A stretch of DNA of 64,000 bases from a virus: the IMG/VR virus record IMGVR_UViG_3300024348_000008; one strand, 5' to 3'. Both the position numbers and the translations under genes were made by a program. The notes beneath the pieces were generated by a model. It was not told the origin of the DNA. It was given only the letters and a program-made list of their open reading frames with translations, and made no database searches. This document shows positions 56,385 through 64,000 of this stretch, piece by piece (position 1 is the first letter of the stretch; every line of letters begins with the position of its first letter).

Positions 56385-56977
56385 TGGATCCTTTTGACTC
56401 TTATAAACTTTATAATTCTTTAAAACTCCATTTTGAGAATGATTCGTATGACGCATTTAAATATAACTTTAAATCAAATGTTACACCTAATTCATTCTTT
56501 AAAAGGAAAGACAAGTTTTTCTTTGCCAAGGTTGCAAAAAACCATGGTAAGGAATTAAAAATGTATTTTGTATCAAACTTTATAAATGATGTTCCATACA
56601 TCGGTGATATGATTAATGATGAAGGCGAAAAGAACTTTATGAATATGAAAAAAATTCATGAAAGTCTCTCAAGAACCTTTGAAAATGATATAAATACTAT
56701 TGCTGATTTGATCGATGGAGGCGAAACCTTTAATTCATTTTTTGAAAGCAAGGATAGTCAACATCCTCGAATCATCAAGATGTGGTTGGAAGAAGATATT
56801 ACACTGGAAACAGTATGTATTCTAAATGCCATATTAGGGTTTGTAGTTCGTGAATCTAAAAATATTAGTGAGACCATTATGTGGCCGAATATAGTATTAA
56901 AGATCACGAAATACACCCCCTTCATTAACTTTGACCACGATAAGTCTGTCAATATAATGAGAAAAATTATACTATGA
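56384..56977 (+). CDS. gp59: Helicase loader
   Basis: LKLHF...YD.FKY, F.KRKD.FFF, I.LET, KY.PF. Confidence 0.92.
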   Translation: MDPFDSYKLYNSLKLHFENDSYDAFKYNFKSNVTPNSFFKRKDKFFFAKVAKNHGKELKMYFVSNFINDVPYIGDMINDEGEKNFMNMKKIHESLSRTFENDINTIADLIDGGETFNSFFESKDSQHPRIIKMWLEEDITLETVCILNAILGFVVRESKNISETIMWPNIVLKITKYTPFINFDHDKSVNIMRKIIL

Positions 56978-57042
56978 ATATGAGTGAAATACTACAGAAA
57001 AGGTTAAGACCTTAATACAATGCAATACAACGGAGAAATAAT

Positions 57043-57933
57043 ATGTCTTTTGCAAACTTAAAGAGCTCGCGAAGCTCGTCTATCGACAAACTCGTACAAG
57101 CAGCGGAAGCTGTTTCATCAAAAGCAGAAACCAAATCCTACGCGGATGATCGTTTCTGGAAACCAACTCAAGATAAAGCCGGTAATGGTTACGCAGTAAT
57201 CAGATTTTTACCTGCGAAAGAAGGTGAGGATTTACCTTGGGTTCGATATTGGGACCATGGCTTTAAAGGCCCGAATGGTTTATGGTATATCGAAAACTCG
57301 CTAACTTCTATCAATCAGCCTGATCCTGTTTCAGAAATGAATTCAGAATTATGGAATACTGGTCGAGATGAAGATAAGCAAACAGCTCGTGAGAGAAAAC
57401 GTAGGTTACATCATGTATCTAATATTATGGTTGTTTCAGATTCTGCTAATCCACAGAATGAAGGAAAAGTTTTTCTTTATAAATTTGGTAAGAAGATCTT
57501 TGACAAAGTGATGGATATTATGCAACCTCAATTCGCTGACGAACAACCTATAAATCCTTTTGATTTTTGGGAAGGTGCTGATTTCAGAATTAAAATTCGC
57601 AAAGTAGAAGGTTGGACTAATTACGATAAGTCTGATTTTGCTACAACATCTGCCGTCTGTGATGGTGATGATGCGAGACTTGAAGAGCTTTATGGAAAAC
57701 TCCATTCGCTTAACGAGTTTACTGATGCTGCCAATTACAAAACTTATGATGAGCTTAAAGCTAAAATGAATAGAGTACTTGGTATCACCGCTGGAGTTAG
57801 TATGGAAGCTACTGAAATGCCTTCTGCGCCTGCAGTCACAACAAATTTTGTTGAGTCTCCGGCTATTGAATCTGCCAGTGCAGGAGAAGAAGATACGTTA
57901 AGTTACTTCGCGAAACTCGCACAAGATAGTTAA
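57043..57933 (+). CDS. gp32: Single-stranded DNA-binding protein
   Basis: DDRFWKP, GNGYAVIRFLP, WYIENS, FGKKIFDK, acidic tail. Confidence 0.97.
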   Translation: MSFANLKSSRSSSIDKLVQAAEAVSSKAETKSYADDRFWKPTQDKAGNGYAVIRFLPAKEGEDLPWVRYWDHGFKGPNGLWYIENSLTSINQPDPVSEMNSELWNTGRDEDKQTARERKRRLHHVSNIMVVSDSANPQNEGKVFLYKFGKKIFDKVMDIMQPQFADEQPINPFDFWEGADFRIKIRKVEGWTNYDKSDFATTSAVCDGDDARLEELYGKLHSLNEFTDAANYKTYDELKAKMNRVLGITAGVSMEATEMPSAPAVTTNFVESPAIESASAGEEDTLSYFAKLAQDS

Positions 57934-57961
57934 ACAGAAAAAAAACTTTTAGTTTTTTACG

Positions 57962-57987
57962 AGGCCGCGGGAAGCGGCCTTTTTTTT
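57962..57987 (+). terminator. Rho-independent terminator
   Basis: aggccgc-gggaa-gcggcct followed by T-run, at a convergent junction. Confidence 0.88.
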
Positions 57988-59857
57988 ATCTATTAGAAGG
58001 ATTAAATGTACCAATCATAGAACGTGCTGGCCCTTGTTTGCCACCAGTTGTAACAATATTAGTAGTTTGAGAGTTAGCATTGTTGGTAGTAATAGCCATA
58101 TTAGCTTGAGTAACTGCATCATTTACAAGCCCCTGGGATCTATCATCTGCTAGCTTCTCTTGTAGTGCTAGTAAATCAACCTCATTCTTTGCTCTTTTCA
58201 GATCTGCAGCATGCTGCATATTCATAGGTTTTATCACGTCATCAATTTCACTTAATCCAAATTGATCCTGATAATCCTTAATGACTGCATCTTCATCTAT
58301 AACTTTAGGTTTTGCTGCCTTTTTAAGCGCGGCTTCTTCATTCATTGAATCGATAAGATCCTGTTCAGGATCTAGCATCGGGCCAATATTAACACCACTT
58401 GGTACACCATCTAGCATTTTCCCAAAGTTTGCATTTTTAAGATCGTTATCAATTTGATGCTTTTCTTCTTCTACTAGTGCCGCTTTCATTGCATCATTTT
58501 CAATCTTCTTTTGTTGTGCTGCAGCTTTAAATTTTACTGCATTATCTACTGCTAATCGATCTATTGCAATGTCTGGCATATCGAAACCTAACCACGATGC
58601 AAACCTTCCTACAAGACCAGCAATTTTATTATATAGATCTATAAACAGATTGCCTAATTTGCCTAGACCGTCTTTTAAGTATGCAACTCCTAACCATATA
58701 ACATCCCATACACTCTCAAATCCAAGACTATCTCTTAATTTTGTCAGAGTATAACCAATCAATCCAATTACTGCAGCAATAGCTACCGCAATCGCAATAG
58801 GAATTGCAAATGGAGCTAAAAATCCTATTAGGCCGGTTAGCATGGATGAAAATACACCACCAGTTGCGACAGCGGCCAATCTTATTCCCGCACTTAATGC
58901 TTTTATTCCTTTACCAAATTTGACTGCAAAGGAAGCTAAACTTGAAACACGTCTAAATGCACCAGCAAATACCCCTATTATTGTTCCACCAAAGTAAAGT
59001 ACAATACCTGCAATAATTGCTCCAACAGTACCCATATGACCATCGAGTTTTTCCATCCCGGGTTCCCAACCCTCGGTAAATATTGTTGTAATTCCGTCAA
59101 TAATATCACGAACCTTTTCAAGTGCAATTGTCATACCGGCCATTAATTCTTCAGGTTCAAAGAACAACATTGCAATTGTACCAAGAGCCGCTAAAATTCC
59201 TCCACCGACCATCATTCCATCTCGGAATTTATCAAAACTAGTACCGAAGTTGTCTATACCATCGGCCATCCTATTCATAATATTTTTTGAAGCTTCTGCT
59301 TCTTCTTGTTTTTCTCTTCGCTCTTCTTCGTCTCCAGAAGCAGATTTAAGTTCTTCCATTCTGCCTTCTAAAACCCGCCGTTCTAACGGATTTAAATCTG
59401 GATTTTTTAATCCAGAAGATACAGATTTAAATTCTGTTAATAAAGCCTTTTGTGTTTCATTATCTTCCTCAGTATTAAAGATAGATCCCATTCCTTTGAT
59501 TTGTTTTTCTAAATCTTTTTCTTCAATACCTTTTTTAGTTTCATCTTTAGCCGCGGCAAATTGTTTGGCCAGACCAGCCGAAACAGAGAGTTCAACTTCT
59601 TTTTTTACATAATCATCACCGGCCTCTTTTCGATCTTCTTCAAGCTGTTTACGTTTTTCTTGAGCAACCTTTTCTTGTGAGATCTCATATTCTTTATTAA
59701 TTTCTGCTTGAGTGTCTTTATTAGTGCTACTCCAACGTTTCTCATCTTTTTTACGTTGCTTTTCTGCCGCTTTTGCACCATCCTTTTTAGCCTTTATTCC
59801 ATCGGCTATGGCAGCTTTTTCTGCAGCAATTAATTGTTCTGGTGTGAGATCGGCCAT
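57986..59857 (-). CDS. Tape-measure/baseplate-hub (gp29-like) protein
   Basis: Long helical, with hydrophobic G/A-rich segments; downstream of gp26/gp51. Confidence 0.6.
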   Translation of the reverse strand: MADLTPEQLIAAEKAAIADGIKAKKDGAKAAEKQRKKDEKRWSSTNKDTQAEINKEYEISQEKVAQEKRKQLEEDRKEAGDDYVKKEVELSVSAGLAKQFAAAKDETKKGIEEKDLEKQIKGMGSIFNTEEDNETQKALLTEFKSVSSGLKNPDLNPLERRVLEGRMEELKSASGDEEERREKQEEAEASKNIMNRMADGIDNFGTSFDKFRDGMMVGGGILAALGTIAMLFFEPEELMAGMTIALEKVRDIIDGITTIFTEGWEPGMEKLDGHMGTVGAIIAGIVLYFGGTIIGVFAGAFRRVSSLASFAVKFGKGIKALSAGIRLAAVATGGVFSSMLTGLIGFLAPFAIPIAIAVAIAAVIGLIGYTLTKLRDSLGFESVWDVIWLGVAYLKDGLGKLGNLFIDLYNKIAGLVGRFASWLGFDMPDIAIDRLAVDNAVKFKAAAQQKKIENDAMKAALVEEEKHQIDNDLKNANFGKMLDGVPSGVNIGPMLDPEQDLIDSMNEEAALKKAAKPKVIDEDAVIKDYQDQFGLSEIDDVIKPMNMQHAADLKRAKNEVDLLALQEKLADDRSQGLVNDAVTQANMAITTNNANSQTTNIVTTGGKQGPARSMIGTFNPSNR

Positions 59858-59867
59858 GAGTTATTTC

Positions 59868-60296
59868 CTATTTTTTACCTGAAAAGGCTTGAGCTCCGAA
59901 GAACGCTGCAACAATACCTGCAACTGCTACAAAATATGTAGGAGCCATAGATCCTAATGTTTTTTGGGCTTCACTTAGTCCTGCTAAACTGGCAACAACT
60001 ACCGCAGCAGGATATAGTAACATACCTAAGAGAGCAAACCATGCCATCTTTCTTTGTGCATCTCTCATTGCATCTGCATCTTCTAGTTCTTTTCTTTTAA
60101 ACTCTAAGTGCATTTTATTTTCCATTTGAGATATATGTCCATCGCCGTTTATATCTGCATCTTCCATACCTTCGACTGTTTTAAAACCTCGAGTATCATA
60201 TGCTGCTCCTTCACCCTTTGGGGGTGCAGCACCAGCCTTAAGTGCATCATATTCAGCACGACTCATACTTACTTCTGCTTTTTCATCTGTTGCCAT
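59868..60296 (-). CDS. Membrane protein with EF-hand-like loop and two TMs
   Basis: DINGDGHISQME; QR.MAW; two C-terminal hydrophobic helices. Confidence 0.7.
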   Translation of the reverse strand: MATDEKAEVSMSRAEYDALKAGAAPPKGEGAAYDTRGFKTVEGMEDADINGDGHISQMENKMHLEFKRKELEDADAMRDAQRKMAWFALLGMLLYPAAVVVASLAGLSEAQKTLGSMAPTYFVAVAGIVAAFFGAQAFSGKK

Positions 60297-60298
60297 TA

Positions 60299-60442
60299 TT
60301 ATTTCCTTTGTTTAGCGTTTTCTTTCGAAACTCTTTCGTTTTCTTCTTTAATCCATTGCGTTAAAAGAGATACATAAATTTCTCTCTCCCAAGGTAGCAT
60401 CATATCTAACTCAGCCAAATTATAATTATGATGCTGCATCAT
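60299..60442 (-). CDS. gp51: Baseplate hub assembly protein (possibly the frameshift extension of gp26)
   Basis: MMQHH.Y.L.EL..MLPWEREIY..LL; frame stays open upstream to the gp26 end. Confidence 0.85.
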   Translation of the reverse strand: MMQHHNYNLAELDMMLPWEREIYVSLLTQWIKEENERVSKENAKQRK

Positions 60443-60489
60443 CGCGAAATTAGTCTTATAATGATTTACAAGATTATCATGAGAGAGGC

Positions 60490-61203
60490 TTATGTAAAAA
60501 AACTTTGGAGTCCTTTTAGTTCTACCTTTGTTTCATGATTACATTTTGTACATTTAAAATTAACATTTGTTTCTACAGTTGGCATACTACCTAAAAAATT
60601 TGACATTTTTGCAAATTGTCCAGCATTTAAACTATCAATAAAAGCAAGCATATCCGCTTTAGTTTCGTTTATAGTACTATGTATTTGTTCATCTTCAAAA
60701 ATATTAACAATCAACTTAGTGAACATATCAGTTGCACCTTCCATTGATGTTAACTGTTTATGAGTCATTCCTTGTAAATCTGAAACAGTCGGCCATCGCA
60801 TTTCTACTGAAACATTATCAGTTAAACTTATTGGGTTTTCAATTTTAGGTGACACCGGTACAGGTATTTTAGTAATATCAACCGAAAAATTATTTTCATG
60901 TTTACACGTTTCAAGTTCACATGGAAGTTTTAAATCAATTATTTCTCCAGAAGCCTTTGATCTTAATTGCATAAAAAGATATTCTATATCAAACATAGCT
61001 AATTTACTAACATTGATATCATCTATAATACACTCTTGTATTACTTGAGCTACTGCTCTTAAAATTTGGCTTTGATCTTTTGTTTCAAGTGCCATCATTA
61101 GTATCTTTTCTTCTTTTACAAGATACGGTCTATATTCAACTTCTTTACCTGATGACGGAATTGTCGTTAGGTATCTGGAAGTATTCAGTTTTGGTAATGC
61201 CAT
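60490..61203 (-). CDS. gp26: Baseplate hub subunit/chaperone
   Basis: MALPKL, YRPYLVKEEKIL, FDIEYLF.QLRSK..GE, GLQSFF. Confidence 0.92.
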   Translation of the reverse strand: MALPKLNTSRYLTTIPSSGKEVEYRPYLVKEEKILMMALETKDQSQILRAVAQVIQECIIDDINVSKLAMFDIEYLFMQLRSKASGEIIDLKLPCELETCKHENNFSVDITKIPVPVSPKIENPISLTDNVSVEMRWPTVSDLQGMTHKQLTSMEGATDMFTKLIVNIFEDEQIHSTINETKADMLAFIDSLNAGQFAKMSNFLGSMPTVETNVNFKCTKCNHETKVELKGLQSFFT

Positions 61204-61223
61204 AATATTTTATTCTCCGATTA

Positions 61224-61883
61224 TTATGATGAAATTAAGTCTAATGTATTTGTAATCTGTGGAAGCACAGAATCCTTTATTGACATTAAACTGTCAAGTG
61301 ATGCGTCAAGTTCCATATATCTATCATATGCGAAATTAACACTCATTTCTTGGATACTAGTATCTTCACTAGTATCCAAATCTATAGCCGACATGTCTAA
61401 TGGGTATGCATTTTCAAGTGTCACCCCAAAGACCGGCAAATTCTTTTGATTTAATTGTATAATTTGTATATCTGTACAATAATCTTTTTTATATCCAACT
61501 TTATATCCATCGGCATCAACTACACAACCAAGCCAATCTGCAAAATATCTACGGGCAAATCCGTCATTTGTTAAATAAAAACTCATTGCAACATCTCCAT
61601 CAATAAAATCATATGGAATTTTCATTGATTGTTTACCAATTTGTTTATCTGTGGTTGATATATTTCTACCAGGAATATTTACAGATTTGGCCAATAATGT
61701 TATATCTCGTGGATCATTAAATATATTACCAATTCCACCACCAGATAATAATGTACCAAGTAATACAGATGGGTCTGTATTAATAAGAGATACTTTAGGA
61801 GCAGTCATTAAAATTAGAAATCTATTAGTAGGAGCAATTCCGCCCTTCTTACTGAGCATAGCTTTCATTGTGTCTATATTCAT
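61224..61883 (-). CDS. Baseplate tail-tube initiator (gp54/gp19-like fold)
   Basis: GG.A..NRF, V.IPG, L.NAYP, V.F.Y. Confidence 0.75.
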   Translation of the reverse strand: MNIDTMKAMLSKKGGIAPTNRFLILMTAPKVSLINTDPSVLLGTLLSGGGIGNIFNDPRDITLLAKSVNIPGRNISTTDKQIGKQSMKIPYDFIDGDVAMSFYLTNDGFARRYFADWLGCVVDADGYKVGYKKDYCTDIQIIQLNQKNLPVFGVTLENAYPLDMSAIDLDTSEDTSIQEMSVNFAYDRYMELDASLDSLMSIKDSVLPQITNTLDLISS

Positions 61884-62515
61884 TAATTTACTCCGCTTGC
61901 ATATGTTTTGCGTGAATAACGCCAAACTGTTTCTTTAGAAACTTTCTTAAATTGTTCTGTTGGTAAGAATATTGCTATTTCCCAATCAGTCATTGGTACT
62001 CTTACAAGATTTGTTTTAACATGAGGCATTAAATAATGTTTCCAACATGGTTCAAAATACCTAAATCTTTTTGCAGACATCAATAAATTTTTAGTAGCTT
62101 TACTTCTTAATCTTTTTAAACGCGTTGTATCATCCATTTTTTTAGTAGGTGATAACTTCATTAATTCATCTAAAAATTTGGCTCTTATGACCGGTGATAA
62201 GTAATGAAGATTTAATCCATAGAATCCACCAGGTGCTTCACCTACCACAATTGTTAAAGGAAATCTATCATAATATGGTAGTGTTGCTTTATGTTTTGGA
62301 TTATAAAAATACATATACATGCTACCAATTGCAGTAGGTTTACCTAATTCTGCAACTGTGGCCTTATCTAATGCATCATCTTTTAAAACTCTTTGTGGTG
62401 ATACTTTACCAAGTTTTGCAACATTTCTCCTGAACCATTTTTTTGCATCATCAGTACGCAATTGTACTTGCGATCGAGATGCTCCTGCTTGTAGTGTATC
62501 GAATAAACTTGCCAT
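61883..62515 (-). CDS. gp2: DNA end protector
   Basis: Y.PKHK.TLPYYDRFPL, GLNLHYL, K.YL..HV. Confidence 0.92.
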   Translation of the reverse strand: MASLFDTLQAGASRSQVQLRTDDAKKWFRRNVAKLGKVSPQRVLKDDALDKATVAELGKPTAIGSMYMYFYNPKHKATLPYYDRFPLTIVVGEAPGGFYGLNLHYLSPVIRAKFLDELMKLSPTKKMDDTTRLKRLRSKATKNLLMSAKRFRYFEPCWKHYLMPHVKTNLVRVPMTDWEIAIFLPTEQFKKVSKETVWRYSRKTYASGVN

Positions 62516-62520
62516 AGATC

Positions 62521-62528
62521 TATTTATA
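62521..62528 (-). promoter_or_regulatory. Late promoter TATAAATA (minus strand)
   Basis: TATTTATA just upstream of gp2. Confidence 0.75.
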
Positions 62529-62975
62529 TCAACCCTTCAGTAGTTTGATACCTAAATTCTTTAAAGTTTCTTCTGTCCATATCTGAAATTTCCATTCTTT
62601 TTGTTCTGCAAATTTCTGAGCAGCTTTCCACTTATTTGTATTTGTAATATATGTTGTAACTTCTTTAACATATTTCTTTGTTTTTCTAGAAGGTTTCTTA
62701 GGTGGGATAGTTTGTTTCTTTGGTTTAATTTCAACTAAAAATACTTCATCGTTTTCCATTACAATAAGTAGATCAACAAAATATCGATGTAATCTTCCAT
62801 CTACTGTAGACATATAAGGAATTACGATCTCTTCTGAATTCCAACCACGTACTTGTGGATTAGATTCACACCATTTGAAAGCCTGCCGTTCCCATAAAGA
62901 TCTATATACAACTGTTTTGGGATCTCCAATGTACTTTGATTTGTTTTTTATTGTGTATTTGCCTTTGTAACTCAT
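62529..62975 (-). CDS. gp4: Head completion nuclease
   Basis: YRSLWER, W.SEE..IPY, HRYFVD, EIKP..QT. Confidence 0.93.
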   Translation of the reverse strand: MSYKGKYTIKNKSKYIGDPKTVVYRSLWERQAFKWCESNPQVRGWNSEEIVIPYMSTVDGRLHRYFVDLLIVMENDEVFLVEIKPKKQTIPPKKPSRKTKKYVKEVTTYITNTNKWKAAQKFAEQKEWKFQIWTEETLKNLGIKLLKG

Positions 62976-63016
62976 ATAAATAGTACCATACGTTAAATAA
63001 TATAATTCTATTTATA
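62975..63016. promoter_or_regulatory. Crossed late promoters: + strand 62975-62982 and - strand 63009-63016
   Basis: TATAAATA on each strand between divergent gp4 and gp48. Confidence 0.7.
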
Positions 63017-63037
63017 TAAGTAAAATAGGTACTAAAT

Positions 63038-63901
63038 ATGGCAAAATCACCAATTCTTACATATCCACACACATTACGTGCTGATGCTGAAGCCGGAACT
63101 CAACCCTTTATGAGTTTCCAGTTAAAACAGCAAAACCAAGCCGAACTTGGAGATATGATATTTCTTTATCTCCCAGCTAATTTATCATCTTCAGATGGAG
63201 CATCATATACTGGTGCAGAGTTAGGTGCAGGAAGACAAGTTAAAGCAGTTCGCGATGAAGGTAAAGGCAAAGCAGTTTCAACAAAAGAAGATCTTGCTGC
63301 TGTTATGTTATCTAAATTTAAATTAGGAGGAGAGGCCATGGCAGCCGTTGCAGTAGAAGCTTCAATCAAATCTGGAATAGCTCTTAATCCATTTACAAAT
63401 ATGACCTTTGAATCAATGTCACCAAGAACTTGGTCCTTTGAATTTAAAATGATATCAGAATCTGCAGAAGAGGCTGAATCAATTAGAAATATCGAGAATT
63501 TCTTTCGAAAGAATATGTATCCAGAAAAAGCAGGGGCTCTGTCTTTAAAATATCCTCCACAAGTTCGAACACAATTTTGGGATGGAGAATCAGAATCACG
63601 ATTCTTACCTATGATTATGGATTCTTATATACAAACTTTAGACGTTACGTGGAATGAATCTAATCAAATGTTTCATGCTGATGGTGCACCAATAGAAACA
63701 ACAATGACACTTTCTTTAGCAGAAAATAGATCTCTTACTCGCGGAGATCTTTATGGTAATGATTTAGAATATAATAGAGGTGGAAGAGATAATATGGCAT
63801 CAGATATAGACGATAAGACAACGGTCGAATCTTTAGGCAAAACTAACAGTACTCCTCTGCCACATGATCAAGGCAATCAGCCGATTGCTGGTGGAGGTTA
63901 A
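63038..63901 (+). CDS. gp48: Baseplate tail-tube cap
   Basis: LYLP, NP....F....R..SF.F, E...I..I...F...MYP, G.P....L...E. Confidence 0.85.
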   Translation: MAKSPILTYPHTLRADAEAGTQPFMSFQLKQQNQAELGDMIFLYLPANLSSSDGASYTGAELGAGRQVKAVRDEGKGKAVSTKEDLAAVMLSKFKLGGEAMAAVAVEASIKSGIALNPFTNMTFESMSPRTWSFEFKMISESAEEAESIRNIENFFRKNMYPEKAGALSLKYPPQVRTQFWDGESESRFLPMIMDSYIQTLDVTWNESNQMFHADGAPIETTMTLSLAENRSLTRGDLYGNDLEYNRGGRDNMASDIDDKTTVESLGKTNSTPLPHDQGNQPIAGGG

Positions 63902-63906
63902 GGCTA

Positions 63907-64000
63907 ATGTCATTTTTTAAACTATTTCCATCAACACAATATGATTTTAATCGCGATGGGGTGCTTCAAAACGTTATAGACATTTATAGATCTGTAAGGC
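63907..64000 (+). CDS. gp53: Baseplate wedge subunit, 3'-truncated
   Basis: MSFFKLFPSTQYD start; follows gp48. Confidence 0.7.
   Translation, partial: MSFFKLFPSTQYDFNRDGVLQNVIDIYRSVR

Noticed and set aside
1270-56696. Intragenic TATAAATA matches (1270, 16413, 19987, 22937, 56689)
   Set aside because: Expected by chance in AT-rich DNA; not called without transcript data
240-63369. Many short ORFs antisense to or nested in core genes (e.g. 240-650, 3755-4108, 12503-12805, 42425-42745, 59250-59612)
   Set aside because: Shadow frames of well-supported genes, with no SD or recognisable motifs

Overview
AT-rich 64 kb segment of a T4-like myovirus genome. It is probably marine, and its bS21, ACP and IscU look gammaproteobacterial (inference). 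The T4 core is present: gp44/62, RegA, gp43, UvsX, gp40-like, gp41, NrdA/B, glutaredoxin, RNase H, gp33, gp59, gp32, tape-measure-like, gp51, gp26, gp54, gp2, gp4, gp48 and the start of gp53. There are 14 early promoters (TGTACA-N16/17-TATAAT) and many T4 late promoters (TATAAATA). Main accessory findings: (1) A DNA-modification operon couples a T4 gp42-type, cytosine-specific dCMP hydroxymethylase to two amino-acid:DNA-transferase-like proteins, a PLP enzyme and an SGNH-like protein, suggesting amino-acid-type hypermodification of hmC rather than hmU. (2) A late, translationally coupled operon joins CsgF/CsgG, two curlin-like proteins, a secreted FecR-like protein and a CHASE2 adenylate cyclase. 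Just downstream, CRP-like TGTGA-N8-TCACA boxes are phased in front of early promoters. (3) An intergenic hairpin carries a loop complementary to the shared SD leader of four early cassettes. (4) A probable -1 frameshift joins gp26 and gp51. (5) About a dozen late genes carry capsid-targeting-like N-termini, including enzymes. (6) Also present: an AEP-like primase, a ROSE-like thermometer on hsp20, bS21, a RimK-protease fusion, ACP, lipase, IscU/IscA and a TorF-like porin. No tRNA, rRNA, CRISPR array or intron was recognised. All family calls come from motif recognition by eye, not database searches.
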